Shown: positions 1-13,569 of the stretch, one piece after another
How the letters are laid out: each line of letters starts with the position of its first letter
Position numbering within the stretch: the first letter of the stretch is position 1
NCBI RefSeq assembly: GCF_009834535.1
Contig: NC_045696.1
Coordinates: 57,662,001 to 57,726,000, forward strand
From: Camelus ferus
Lineage: Eukaryota
DNA: 64,000 bases
Direction of reading: 5' to 3'
Made by a program: the position numbers and the translations under genes
The notes under the pieces: model-generated
Databases searched by the model: none
The model's input: only the letters and a program-made list of their open reading frames with translations
Told to the model about the DNA's origin: nothing

Positions 1-749
1 GAAACTGCTAATAGGTAATAGTAGTCACTCCAGTTGTTTCTACGGGGAAAATCAGACTCCGAGGGAACAGGGTTGGGAGGGATAGACTTGCTTTCCACTA
101 TCACCTTTACATGTTAAATTTAGTACCATGTGCAGGTATGTTCTATGCAAAATTTTTTAATTATAAAAGAGGGGTTATAGTCTAGGAGGGAAGAAACATA
201 ATGGACACTTTTAGCCTAAAGCTCTGTACTGGGTGCTCTGGGAACAGAGAGGAAGCCTGTTAGCACAGCCCCAAGGCATCAGGGATGGCTTCTAGTCAAA
301 TCACCTCCAAGGAAGAAATTTTGCTATTGGATTGGGAAGAATTGTGCATCTTCCCCTGAGCATTGTTTTGTTTTTATCTTATGGACAGGCCTATAAATTA
401 ATTCACCAATTAGGTTTTCCTTTTCACTTTGACTGTTAAAAAGCTACCAGCCAAACTTGTGCCCCACACCACACAAGGTGGGCAGCTTTCCATAGTAAGC
501 GTTTAGCACTGGCCTTGTACTTGGCTCCACTTTATATTCCTGCATTTGGTTTGCTTTCCCTGTTTGTCATGTTGGTCATCTTTCCTATTCTGTGCTTCCC
601 ACTCTACTGCCTTTTTGGTCTAAGCTGGGGTAGGTGGGTGAATACAAAAAGACCGAGGGCAGGAAAGAAAGAAGAGAGGATGGAGGTTTTAGAACAATGC
701 CTGTCATTTTCCTTGGCTCTATCACACAGGTTAAGTGAGTGCTCCAGTG

Positions 750-927
750 CAGTGGTTCTCAAAGTGGGGTCCTGAGAGCCGCAGCATCGCTACCACTGGT
801 GAGGTTGTTGGACATGTGTTTCCCGCAGCCTACTAAGTCAGAATCTCTGTGGACAAGGGCCAGAAAACTGCTTTAACATGCTCTCCCAGATGATTCGTAT
901 GATTCATACATTAAAGTATGAAAACCA
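750..927. mobile_element. MER5A-like hAT-Charlie DNA transposon
   Basis: Starts cagtggttctcaaagtg, contains tcagaatctctg and tttaacatgctctcccagatgattc, ends aagtatgaaaaccac. Confidence 0.8.
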
Positions 928-977
928 CAAGGAAGCCAAAGAAAAGTTGACTCCTAAACATTTGACCCACTGTACCC

Positions 978-1410
978 ATGTATCGGTCACAATAATGCCA
1001 GCTACTGCAGTAAAGAACCCCCCAAATTTCATCAGCTTAACACAATAAAAGTTTAGTTTTTGCTCATGTCACAGTCCAGTATAGGTCACTGTGAGGTGTT
1101 GAAAGCTGTTTTATTCATTTGTTCACCAAAACAGCTTCTTTCATAGTGAGGCTTTGCCATCTCTGAGGCCCTGGGACCCCTCCTCTGGATCTTCTGCATC
1201 CAAGCAGGCAGGGGAAGGAGGCAAGAGAGAGGAGGCTTTAGTGCAGTATCTGGAAGTAACACCCGTCTTCTCTGCCCACAGTTCATTGGCCAAAACCCAG
1301 TCACATGGCCAACCTAACTTGGGGGTAGAGGGATGGGGACATAGGGCATGTCTGTGGGGCTAGAAGGAAAAGAAAATGGCTTTGATGAACACACAGTGTG
1401 GTCTCTGCCA
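978..1410. mobile_element. MLT1-type (ERVL-MaLR) solo LTR
   Basis: tgtat...ccccaaatttcatcagcttaacacaataaaagttta...cattggccaaaacccagtcacatggcc...ctctgccaca motifs typical of old MLT1 LTRs. Confidence 0.7.
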
Positions 1411-1508
1411 CACCCACGGACCTAAGTGAATTTCAAACTCCGCTTGTCATATTTTAGTTTTCTGTTTCATTTTCTAATGAAATTTTATCTTTTCTTTTTT
1501 AACTCTAG

Positions 1509-1558
1509 CACCATGGGACTGAGAAACATCTTCGTGGTGATGGCCTTCCTGCTCTCTG
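1509..1558 (+). CDS. CD86: CD86 exon 2, signal peptide (MGLRNIFVVMAFLLS/G; ATG at 1513)
   Basis: Polypyrimidine tract and AG at 1507-1508; 50-nt exon with Kozak CACCATGG; donor CTG|GTAAGC at 1559. Matches human MGLSNILFVMAFLLSG. Confidence 0.96.
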
Positions 1559-2899
1559 GTAAGCACCCTTTGACTCTGTAAAATCCTAGAATCCTCCCAC
1601 TGTCTCCCTATGAGCTTGACCTGCAAGCCCAGCCTTGAGACTTGGTGCATTTTACTCACTTTCTATTCAGTGTTCTGGTCTGTCCAGGAGTGCCTGGGGA
1701 GCAGGGAGGGTGGGGGAGGCCCCTACTCTGATGTGCTCTGTTCCCATCTCTAACGTTCTCAGGCTTTTAGGAAATTGCTGACAGATTTCTAAGTCTCTTT
1801 CCATTAGGGACCACTGGTTTCCTTGTTCCCTACCTTCTCCCCGCGCCCCCACTGCCCTCTCCACCAGCCCACGCCCAGCGATCAGTTGCCACTGCTTCCC
1901 GGGAGGATCAAGAAACCCAGCCCTATTCCTGCCTGCTTCAGCGCCCTTCAGCTGATGGTGTCAGCTGACTCACCATGAAGCTAAGGGGCTGAGCTCTGGG
2001 GCTCCTCTCTCGCACAGCCCTTTCCAAGCCCCTCCAAGACCCCAAGAGGGGCCCGAACAGTGTGATCATGTGTCTTAATCCTTAGTAAAATTTTCATTAG
2101 TAAGATATTTTAACCACATAAGTTAAGACCAATGTTTCTTTCCACTGCGACTTTTCATCTCCATCATATTCTTCCCCTGTTGAGTGGCCTTGTAGTGGTT
2201 ATGGCCATTTTGTTCTGTGTTCTGTATTCTTTTTCTTGAAGAGCCTTCCCCGCCAAAAGAAATTTCAGTAGTGTCAGATCTTCCCTGTTTGCCGCTTCTC
2301 TCTGAGTTTCAGTTTCTCCCCCTGTAAACCGGGACTGGCCGAGGTTCCTGCCACTCATCCTGTGACTGGGTGCCTTTAGTTTCTCCTGGCCCATCCCCTT
2401 CCTGCTGCTTATTTTCCACACCCTCAGCACTCAGAGGAAAGGCATCCAGTCCTGGTGTGGGGCAGATGGGGAGGGTGCGCCGAGTGTGCTATTTGCTCCA
2501 GCAGTGCTCAGGCTGCTCCTGACTAATTGGCCTGGCCATGAGCTCCCCTCCTCCCAATGGCACACACCAGGCCCTTGGTCAGTGTCCTCATCCCTGTTGT
2601 GGGTGACAAGGAGTTGGGGTACTAGGGAAAGATGCTCCCTCAGGTCGATGCTGACTGGGGCAGGCCTTTTGTGATGTCTGCTTTCTCTGCTTAGCACCTT
2701 GGAGCTTGTTGAATCTGTGCTGTAGATGTGCTAACTGGTCACTTAGGTCATGACAGCAGCTTCCATCTCCCAGGGCCTGATACCTTAGCTCCTGGGGAGG
2801 TAGAAGGTATGTGGGAGCAAGAGCACAGAGAAAGGGGATGAGACAAAGCTCTGGAGAACACTGTCCAGCAGGAACCCCTTCCCATTCCACTTCGTATTT

Positions 2900-3130
2900 T
2901 ATTTATTTGACAGATACATAGATGTAGCACTTTCTTTGTGCCAGGTCCTGTTCTAAGCATCTTATAAATACTCATTTAAATGGCATCGTAACTCTCTGCT
3001 CTAAGTCTTGTTGTGATTCCCCATTTTAAATATGTGCAAACTAAAGCCCGAGAGGTTAAGTAATTTGCTTGAGACGACACTGCCAATAGGTGGCAAAGCT
3101 GGATTCAACCCAGCAGTATGGATTCAGCAA
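2900..3130 (-). mobile_element. MIR SINE
   Basis: tgtgccaggtcctgttctaagc...ccccatttta...aaactaaagcccgagaggttaagtaatttgc...ggattcaacccag MIR core. Confidence 0.8.
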
Positions 3131-6100
3131 TGTTCACCTGACGTTATGCTGCTTCTCCCAACTCCTACTATTGAACTGTCCTTAGTAATAGGATTTGTTC
3201 TTTGGGAATTCAAACAGCTCTGATGGATGAAGTGGCTTGTGCTTCAGCCAAGGTCACAAGTTCCTCACTGGCACATCCTCCGCCTTCCTTGCGGCTGGTA
3301 CTTCAGCTGTGCCTAAAGCTTGGGCCCTGGCCCCTCTCATCACAGTGACCAGTCCAACTCTTAAAACTCGGGAGAGAAGAAAGAAAAATGGCCTGGAAAC
3401 AAAGTGTGGGAAAAGTCTGAACTGAGGTTCCATTTACCCCCCTCAAACTTTCTGACTCTGCATACAGAAAGTGAAAAGAAAGCTGAGAAACCTCATCAAA
3501 AATGAGTCCAGGTGTCACTTTTGCCTTTGTCTTGTGTTTGAAACTACCTGGACACCTCTTAACTTCTGAAAAGAGAGTTATCAATATTGAAACTTAAAAA
3601 ATAACTCCCCCCACCAAGGAAACCATTTAAGCTTTTTCGTGGTGGGAGAATTGTGGTTATATTTTGACAAGTACAGATTTAAAGTGGGTTAGGAAAATGG
3701 TGACACTTGATTAGAAAATAACATTGCCAATACTTCACACACCATTAAAAATAACAACAGTAACATAACAGATGCCATTCTTTTTTAAAGAATGAAAACG
3801 AATCCATTTGAATTTTATCTTTCTCCTCAGGGCACACCTCTGCTTACTGGTGAGCAGTGACCTACCTATAGGCAGGCATCCAAAGAGAGAAAGGAGATGT
3901 AATTGGACCAGATAGTCCACAGCAAAAATGCAGAGCTGAATAATTCATTTGATAGCAGAGATAAAACAGCACAGTGAAATAATTCTGTTTCTCCTTTTTC
4001 CCTTGTATCTTTTATGTCCTCCCCTAGTCATGGAAATTAGACATTGTAGTTGCCACCCCTGCCCATGAGACAAAAATTGGATGAGAGTTTAAAACCTAGA
4101 AGGGCGAGAGGGCAGCCATGGACTTGCAGAATTAGATTATAACTTATGCTTTGTATTAATAAAGCTGAAGGATTGTCGAAGCGCCTCTAACTGTCCAGCT
4201 CTTTTTGCTGCTATCCATCACCTCTGATTACATTTAAAGCTGGAGCCAGAGTGTTATTTGGAAAATCAGTAGCTTACACATCAGGAGTGTCTTCCTAGTT
4301 TAACTTTTGATGGTTGTTCTCTTATTGTCTGGAGATTCTCTGGATCCTAGGACCTCTCATTTCTCTTGAAAAATACCTCTGGTTCAGTTAAAGTACCTAG
4401 AGTATAGTTGGGGGTCTTCCTTCACTTTAGGATTTACATAAAATTGTCTCAGACCCTCACTTCACAACTTGTGTAAAGGTCCACTGTTCTGCCCTCTGCC
4501 CCCCAGATTTTTGCAGGTTCCCACGTGGGTGTTTGCATGAGGATTATGTTTATATGGTTACTTTCACTCCCACTTCCTGTTGCTGTTGATAGTGGTCACT
4601 AAAAATCACAGAGGTGAACAGATAGTTCAGACCTAATTCCCAAATTCCCAAAGAATTGTCATGGAACATAATAGTCCTCCTATTCAAGTCACACCTTTGT
4701 GTTAAGCTACTGTTTAAAGTGCCTTTGAAATACATGTATGCTCCCCAGTAGGGAGTAACTTACCCCCGAAATAGTTAATCATTTTAAGAGTATTTAATAG
4801 GTTCCAGAGAGAACGGGCTGTCAGACAAGTTAATTTAGTGGAAGATGGTCACTGAATAGGCTTAGTATAGGGTTGATTGGGAGCAAGAGTGAGATTTGTA
4901 AAGAACAGAGAGGATCCAATGGCAGACAGACTGACAGACTGCTTTGGGAAGGAGAAAGAGTTTGAGACACTGGCTTGTTTTTCCTTTGTGAAAGATCTTA
5001 ATACCATTTCCGGAATATGCAACTCAGGATTTTGGCCCCCTCAGTACCACTGAATCTATGGAAACAAAAACACGTGTAGCCCTTCCTTTATAGCCATTGT
5101 GGGCCACAGGACCAAGTTCCAGGACCTCAAAATTATGAAAAAATCTTTCAACACCCTCTAAGAGTATTTACCCAGTCTTGGTTTCACTTTCATTCTCTCT
5201 TTCATTCCTTTTTCCTACAGATGTCTCTATTAAAGACACTATTTAAAAATCACTTTTCTGGTACTTACTACAGTGTAACAGACAAGAGAGTAAAAGAAGC
5301 TGTATGTAGTTGTGATCAAAACTAAATCCCTGAATGGGTTTTATTCAACATTGTTTCAAACACTTTCTCAAGTTTCTAAATGCTTTTCCTTTGCATGGAT
5401 TTTGAAATTGTATCAGTCCACTGAGCTGAAATGCTGTAGTTTGCTTTATTTGTGTGTGTGTGTGTTCTGTTCATTCAGAAGTTAGTGCCCCGTTGTCTTC
5501 TTTGGTTTATAATTACTAAGGAGCTTTCATTCTAATTGTCATTGTTTTATAGGTATTCTTTCTTCATTTTTTAAAGAATGAAGAGAGTCAATTCAATTCT
5601 TCCTCTTTGTAAGTTTGAAAAAATATTTTATGCTTTTTGCTCAGGAGCTTCACCACACTATTTCTAGGTGCAGATTTCTTTTCTTTTCCCTTACTTGGTA
5701 CTTAGAATGCACTTTTGATCTGAGGACTCATGTCTTTATGAATTTTGAGTATTCAGAATTTTTGTCTCTTTAAATATTGTTTATCTACCATTACTCCCAT
5801 TCTCTTCTTCTAGAAACTACTAGAGTTTCTCAGACCAACTCTTCACGACTCCGTGTTTTCCCACATTTTTATTTCTCTCTCTCTCTCTGTGCAGCACGCC
5901 AGTCAAGGATCAGATAGATCAGGACAGACATGAGGGTCCTCTCATTGTTGAGGGAGCCCCAGACAAAAGGCTCCAGCACTTTCATGGACCCTGAGGAGAG
6001 GTGCAAGGGAAGGATGAGGGGGAAGGACTAGGAGTCAGCTGGGGAGAAGTAAGTCTGCATGAGGAAAAGTGTCTCCAAGGTTCTCCTTCCTTCCTACCAT

Positions 6101-6239
6101 AAGGAGGTCTCAACAGAGGTGCCTGAAGATCTCTGCCCATGGTCCCAAATAAAGAAACCAAGGAATGAAGGTGCTTGCTACAGATGTAAATATGTGAAAG
6201 TGCATGACTGCCCGGGGGGGCTGAGTCCTTGACTGCAAC

Positions 6240-6730
6240 TCCCTGCAGAGAATGCAATGCCTTCTTGGTTGTGCACTAAAACTGATGTGGAGAGGCCTTG
6301 AGATAGACTGAACATGGCCTTTTGGAGGAATGACAAGGAAGCCAGTATGGCTGGGGCAGAGTAAGTGAAGCGAAGAGCTCTGAAAGATACCAGGGACCAG
6401 ATTACATATGACCTTGCAGGTCATGGGAAGGATTTTCCCATGGTATAGTTCTCAGTGTTGGGAAAGGATTTGGATATAATTTTCAGAGTGGCGGGAAGTC
6501 ATTGGAGACTTTTGAACAGGAAGCTTATCTGAGATACATTTTTTTAAGGATCATTTGGGCTTGAGGAATTGAACTTGGGGGCAAAGATGGAAGCAGGAAG
6601 ATCAGTTAGGAGGCAATTGCAATTATCCAGTCAAGAAGTAATAGAGAGCTGGCCAAGGGTAGTATCTTCAGATACAGTGAGAAATGTTTCAATTCATAAT
6701 ATATCCCAGTGAGGTAGGAGACTTGATGGA
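6240..6730 (-). mobile_element. L2 LINE fragment
   Basis: gaggaatgacaaggaagccagtatggctgg...gaccttgcaggtcatgggaagg...tttaaggatcattt...aggaggcaattgcaattatccag. Confidence 0.7.
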
Positions 6731-7933
6731 GTGGTGGTAGGAGAAAGAATGAAATAACAAGGCAAGAGATGGTGGTCACAAGGTGAGATGCTTGATATTG
6801 AGAGTTTTTAGGAGGTGCAGTGGTAACAACAGGGTCACGGGTCTGGTCCAGGGAGGAGATGGCTAGGGTGGAATGAATGATCGGATACTGGAGGAAAAGA
6901 GGACAAGAAAGTGAGGGGCTGGGCACCACGTGCATGAGGCTGAAATCACCTAGGCAGGGGCAGTGATGGAGAAGATGGCAGTAGCAAGCCAGGTTCTCAG
7001 GTCTTCAGTAAATAAGGAGAGTGCCTGGGAGGAAGAGGGATAAAAATAGCAATGAAGGGCAGTGGGCAGCGTAGTCTGGTGTAGTCTGATGGCCTGGACT
7101 TCCCAGGAGCTGAGTTTTTGACATGTGATGATGTGTTTTACATTTTAAATTTTACATTTACATTTTACATTATATGATGCTTCATATATTTTAACAGATC
7201 ATATTTTATGTAACACATGTTATGTATTTTATAAAACATATATAGATGTTATATATCTATAATATATAAATGTACATAACTGTATATATATTATATTTAT
7301 ATCCATAATGGGATCCATGGTGAGCATGAAATCAAAGCAAAGCTAGGCTTAACAGAAATATCATCTCAGCCATGTAAAGTCCTATAGAGCCAACCCTGCC
7401 CCAGTTACCATTTAAGGAGTGATCAGAGAAAACTGACCAGGATGTCAGAGATTGGGAAAGAATAGAGTTTCAAGAAGAAAGGCGGCCAACAGTGTAACAT
7501 TCAACAGCATGGTCAAATAAGATGAGGTCTGAAAAAAGTTCTGTATTTGGCAATGAGGGGAAGTTTCAGAAGAGAGGTGGGGACAGAAGCTGAGGGTGCA
7601 AACAGTGATTGCTGCTTACTCTTTCAGAGAGTCTGACTATAAGGGAAAGAGAAATTAAAAGCAGCAGCAGAAGGTACTCCTCAAGTACTGCTGTGATGAA
7701 GGCGGAGGGTGGTAAGCAGGGTGAGTGCCCAGAGGCCAAGTTAACTGGAACTGGAGACTACACACCTGAAATGTCACCAGTCCAAATAATTGAATAATTT
7801 CCTCCAGGAGTGCTCACTCTGTTGTAAGAACAGATATGTAGATAAAAAGTAGATTTTGGGGGGATGAAAACTTGCATAAAGGGGCAAATTTACTGAAGTT
7901 GCTCAAAAGAGAAAGATTGAAAAAATGTACTGT

Positions 7934-8132
7934 CATTGTGTTATTCAATATGATAGTTGCCAGCCATGTGTGGCTATTTAAGCTTAAATTATTTAAAATT
8001 AAATAAAATGCAAAATTCAGTGTCTCCGTCACACTAGCTACCTATTAAGTGTTCAATGCAGCTGGTGACTACCATATTGGTCAGCACAGATATAGAACAT
8101 TTCCATCATGGCGGAGAGTACTTTTGGAAAGT
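7934..8132. mobile_element. MER3-like hAT-Charlie element
   Basis: agccatgtgtggctatttaag...aaattcagt...cacactagc...tagaacatttccatcat. Confidence 0.8.
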
Positions 8133-11100
8133 ATCAAATTATAGGGTCTAAACTTGGTAGAGCTAACATCTTGATGAAGTTGAAGACCAGATGTAGGTAG
8201 AATAATCAAAAGCAAATCTTGGCAGAAGATACCTTGTGGACAGAATTAGGTACGCTGAGGTTTAAGATCTGGGGGCAGAGCTGTTCTTGGTGATAAGGTT
8301 TAGGGTTATGTCATGGGAAAGAGGCTGCTGAAATAGCCTGTGATGAAGATCTCCGAAGTGGGAAAGAGCAAAGAACTCTGAGGCAGGGTTGGTAGCAAGC
8401 TCATCTGTGCCAAAGTCACCCAAATTGACAGCAATAATTGACTGGAAAGAAAGACCTCGCATCTAATCCCTCAGTCTTCAGCGAGCAGGGAAGTAGCAAC
8501 AAATGGTGCGTACCTGACAGCAGTGAGAGAAGAGAACACCTCAAAAGGGAAGAGTGTTGCTCAAGGCCCCCGTGAAGTATGGTAGAAGGAGAGCTGGCTG
8601 AGGGCATGTGGTGCGCTTTGGGTGGGACTAGATTTCAATGAAAGCACAACAACTTGGAGGAAACAGTGAAGAGGTTGAAGACACAGAAAAGTTTACTACA
8701 ATGGAATGAGGCTTCCAGAGGGCCTAGTGAGGCTTTGGAGAAAGTTTAGTAAAGAAGGAAAATTCATGAGTACAGATAAGCATCATAATATGAGGAAGAG
8801 ATGACTTTAGAATATATGACAGGCATTCGGGGTGGTGCTTGGGGAAGACTGAAGTTCCAGGTGGGGTCAAGACCTCACAAGGTTAGAAGACTAGTTTTTG
8901 TAAGACATCCAAATAGTATCTTGCTGATGAAGTCCTCAAGTATCCATTGAAGTAAATGCCCCTGGCTGATTAGGGAGGTATCTAGATGGATTCTTGAGTG
9001 CCTAGCTCCTGACACCAGCTTAGCAACCAGTTGTAACTAGAGCCAGACTATTTGTATCGCCCACGTGCTGGGAAAGGGAGAGACTCTCAATGCTTACCCA
9101 CCCAATGGAACCCAGTGAGTCTAGCAGCTTGGTGGCCTAAGGTCAGGGGTCATACCAGGGCAGGACTGAAGACACTCAGGGAAAACAGACTTTGAGCTAA
9201 ATCTTCCCCATATTGTCAGAGAAGCGATTAGCATGCATAGCTCTGAGTGATGTCATGGAAGGCAGTGGTTGGTAACGAACTATGGATGGTAAGTTGTGAA
9301 ATACTTTCAATTCCACTCAGAATGGACTTCAGAGTGATTTCCACCCCAGGGTGAAGAGAGAGGGTTTGGGGAGGGATAGATGGAAACAAAATTTTCCTGT
9401 TCCGTCATCTCTGTTCCACTCTGGAGACAGAGGCAGAAATCCTCAAACTGAAGGTCTTATTAAAATGCAGATTCTGACTCAGAAGGTCTGGGGTGGGGCC
9501 AGAGATTCTGCATTTCTGGCCAGCCCCTAGGTGATGCCAGTGCCTTTAGAACACAGACCACACTTTCGGTTGGTAGGTGAAGAAGGGGGCAGTTAGATGG
9601 GTGGAAGAAAAGTCCCTTACAATCTTTGGGAGAGGAATTCTGGATCAGAGAAGCTGGACCCAGCTGTGAGTGGGAAGGAGAGGAGGCACTGTGAGGCTCT
9701 GTGGAGAAGCAACCTTAAATCAGGAAGACAGAAGCCAGAGGCAAAGTGGCTTCCAGGCCAGAGGCACAACTGACTGCTGAGTAATAATGTAATGTTGACC
9801 GTTAACTGGCAGAATTTTCAACTAAGTGTTTGGTTTCTCCATTAGGTCATCTGCCCTAGATCATACGGCACATTAGTGATTAAAAACAGCATGTTCCCCC
9901 AGAAATAGCTGCTAGAAGCTTTTACAATAGGCAGCACCCTTACATTATCATTCAGAGTTTAGCAAAGGTGTAGCAGCACCCCAGGAGTGCCTGGTAAGAT
10001 AGTCACCGAACACAGTAAATCTTCTATAGGTCCCCCTTTCACTGTTCCAGGTACCCAGGTAGCTTCTCCTGCCTCCCTCCTATATGGGAATGCATCTTGT
10101 ACAGAGGCTGCATTTCATACTTTCAAGGGCTTCACAGGGTTCTAGGGAGTGTAATGCAATGGGCAGTAATTCAAACGTGTGCCACTCTCACTGATGCCTG
10201 GAGTCTCCTTCCCGCAGAGTTCAAGACCACCACCAGCCCCCTTGATTATGCGTTCTCACTGGGCTACTCTGCACACAGCTCAAGTTTGCCAAGTGCATAC
10301 CACTATTATTTCTCTTCTACTCCCTCTCAGAAGAGAAACCATTGATCAGATCAATTTAATTTCTCCTACTGCCCCTCAAAGAGCACCTCGAAGGAAACTC
10401 CTCTCATCTTCCTCACCAACCTATCTCTCCTCTCCTCCTTAATGTTAACATTCCTTTATTGAAGTCTGGGATGATAAAGCTTTATTTAGGACCCACCCTA
10501 ACTCCCTCCCCAAGGTGATATCTCACTTCATATTAACTAAGAAACAGCATTTTCCCCCCATAACCCTGCACTTCTTACCCACCACTACTTAATTTCTTGG
10601 CCAAGTAGTAAGCAATTCTGTGACCCAGAATAGATCCTACAAAAATTATAATCAATCACATTTTAGGAGTTAGGTGACCCAAATCCCTTTCACAAACCCC
10701 AATACCCCATCAGGGATGAAAGCCTTTCTCCGAACTCTCTTAGTACATTCTCTAGGGGCTGCAAAAATTTCCAAGCACAGTGCATTCTGGGGAGAGCAAG
10801 TTTGTGGTACTTGGGGTTTCCCCGGTACTCCAAAAGTACATCCTCACCTTCCCATTTATGATTCATTTCCAGCATTTCATTCATGTACCTTAAATGTTCC
10901 TTGACCACCACAGTCCCAAAACAACCATCATATTTGCCCAGTTCTCTTTCTGATCCCTGAAAAGAGCTTAGAGAGGTCACAGAATAGAGGCCTTGGTTGA
11001 CAATTTGTGTCATTTCCAAACTGTCTTATATCCTTGGGAGAGCTGGCCATGGGAGCAGCAGTCATGAGGGATGTTCTATAAAGGGAACTATCCAAATTTC

Positions 11101-11369
11101 AAAGATACTATTCCTGTGATGCCCAACCACTGAGGCATAATGAAAGGGGGGGGGGCTATCAAGCTTGTTATCACATTATCAGAAATCTTTTCCCCATAGC
11201 AGGCCAAGGAATCAGGGGATGGGAGGGGAAGGGAGAGCTTTTGGCCATGATGTAGGAGCCTGTAACAGCTACAGTGAAGAGAACCAACGTTCAGGTTATA
11301 GGAAGGTAATGGATGGGTGAATGAATTGTCTAACGCTGCTGGTTTTCCGTGTTCTGGGATTTAGATTCA

Positions 11370-11530
11370 TAGAATGTAATACTGGAAAGAATCTTAGAAC
11401 ATTTTGTCCACCCCTTCATTCAACAGATAAGGAAACCGAGCCTCAGAGGAGTTGCAGTTTGCACAAGGCTACCCAGTTAGCTAGCAGCGAAGCGAGGACA
11501 AAAGTCTCCTTCTCCAGACTCCAGTGTACG
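11370..11530 (-). mobile_element. MIR SINE
   Basis: acagataaggaaaccgagcctcagagg...gcacaaggctacccagttag. Confidence 0.7.
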
Positions 11531-11672
11531 CACAGTTCCAGGGTTTAACACCTAGTTCTTCAATATCATTACTGACAAGACAGAATCTGGGTATAGAGAG
11601 GAATGCAGTTTCTGGGCTTTTTCCCCTTGCCTCTTGTTTCTCCTTCCCCAATTCCCATCTTTCCTTTTATAG

Positions 11673-12008
11673 GTGCTGCTTCCTTGAAAAGTCAGGCATA
11701 TTTCAACAAGACTGGAGACCTGCCATGCCACTTTACAAACTCTCAAAACCTGAGCCTGGACGAGCTGGTGATATTTTGGCAGGACCAGGATAAGCTGGTT
11801 CTCTATGAGCTCTACAGAGGCCAAGAGAAGCCTCACAACGTTGATCCCAGGTACATGGGCCGCACAAGCTTTGACCTGGACAATTGGACCCTGCGACTCC
11901 ACAACGTTCAGATCAAGGACAAGGGCTCGTATCAATGCTTCATCCATCATAAAGGGCCCACAGGACTGGTTCCCATCTACCATATGAGTTCTGACCTGTC
12001 AGTGCTTG
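11673..12008 (+). CDS. CD86: CD86 exon 3, IgV domain
   Basis: Acceptor ttttatag|GTG, donor TTG|GTATGT, 336 nt. Encodes AASLKSQAYFNKTGDLPCHF...GRTSFDLDNWTLRLHNVQIKDKGSYQCFIHHK...SDLSVL with both canonical Ig cysteines (inside ORF 11603..12016). Confidence 0.98.
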
Positions 12009-12574
12009 GTATGTAGTCAATGGCGTGTTCAGATCCCCCACCTTCTCAGATGAGACTGCAACAAGCAGACAAATATTTTGGGGGTAGGGGCCACCCAGAG
12101 AGAGAGGCAGCGAACAGCCTTTTTGGGGACAGTTCATTTGAAAGGAATGCAAGGCTTGGGAGTAGGGAACTAAAAGTCCTTTGTATTTTTTATAGTTCTA
12201 AGGGATCTGTAAGAATCTACTTTGGGGACCAACTAGAGCTAACTAAACCAAGGCAGTGTGGCTAAGTGAAAACCATGGGTAAATTGGCCATTATGAAGTT
12301 TATATGAGCCATATAGGTCTCATTCTCTTTTCATTCATTTTCTCCTTCGGTCCAAGATTTCTCATCTACTAAATCTTTGCCTGGAGCTCCTAGCACCAGA
12401 GTCAGCTGACTGATTTGGGTTTTCCCTTCAGCCTCCTGAAGACTGCTTATGACTTGTTGGTTGCCAACCATGAGCCCAGTAGACAGAAGGGAATTAACCC
12501 AAGGCACACAATCTGAAAGCTGACAAACCAGCTCCTCTGTTTTCCTAGGCCTTGAAAAACTTGTCACTATAGAT

Positions 12575-13075
12575 TTTTTTTAATTACAATACAGTAAAAT
12601 TAATTATTTTAATTTTGGTATACAGTTCTGTTAATTTGAACTATAGATTTACGTAACCAGCAGTAGAAACAGACTACAAATCATTTCAGCAAACTAAAAA
12701 AAATTTCCCCATGCTATACCCTTATAGTCATACCCTTTCCATACCCATAACCCCTGTTTTGCATCCTGTAGTCTTGTCTTCATGTGAATGTCACATAAAT
12801 GAACTCATACAATTTGTAACCTTTTAAGACCAGCTTCTTTTATTCAATATAATGCCTTTGAGAGTCATCCAAGGTGTTGCATGTATCAAAAGTCTCTTCC
12901 TTCTTATTATTGAGTAGCATTTTTGTTTATCCACTCAATCCATGGAAAGATAATGAGTTGTTTCCAGTTTGGGGCTGTTATGAACAGAGCTGCTGTAAAC
13001 ATTCACGTTCAAGTTTTTGTGTAAACTTAAGTTTTCATTTCTCTAGGGCAGACACCCAGATGTGGAATTACTAGA
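12575..13075 (-). mobile_element. Old L1 (L1M) 3' end fragment
   Basis: Antisense L1 3' UTR motifs: gagagtcatccaaggtgttgcatgtatc, tttccagtttggggctgttatgaacagagctgctgtaaacattc. Confidence 0.8.
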
Positions 13076-13569
13076 TCCAGATTAATTATTGCTAATGAGG
13101 TCTAAAGTAAGTAGCACCATGGCAATCCACCTTGTACAGGCCACATCACGTACAAGCAGAGTGCTTAAGTAATGTGTTGACAGAGCAAAACTTGTCGAGA
13201 TGGCATACAAACCACTGAAGCGTTAGAAGTGGTATACTAAATTTTAAATTGGTATGTAGAACTTGCAGAGTACCTAGTGACTACAGAAGAGTAAGGGGTT
13301 CAGCTGGCAGACGAGGCCAGCCCCTCTGTTGCGCAGAGAGCACCTCACTGATTTGGGCAAGCAGGAAGTAAGCACGGCCTCAAACTCCATTTTTGAAAAA
13401 TAAATGTGAGGTGGCCTGAGGCCTGCAGTTTAGACCCTGAGGCTTCCAGGTGTTCCTCCAGTGAGTTCCCAGATCAGATCTGGCACCTCATTATTTGCTG
13501 TTCCCTTCTAAATACATCTAAATTTAGACTGAATTTTTTTCTTTTTTGGTATCTCTATTCTGCTTTCAG

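Noticed and set aside
11552..11983. 143-aa - strand ORF
   Set aside because: Antisense shadow of the CD86 IgV exon; no independent evidence.
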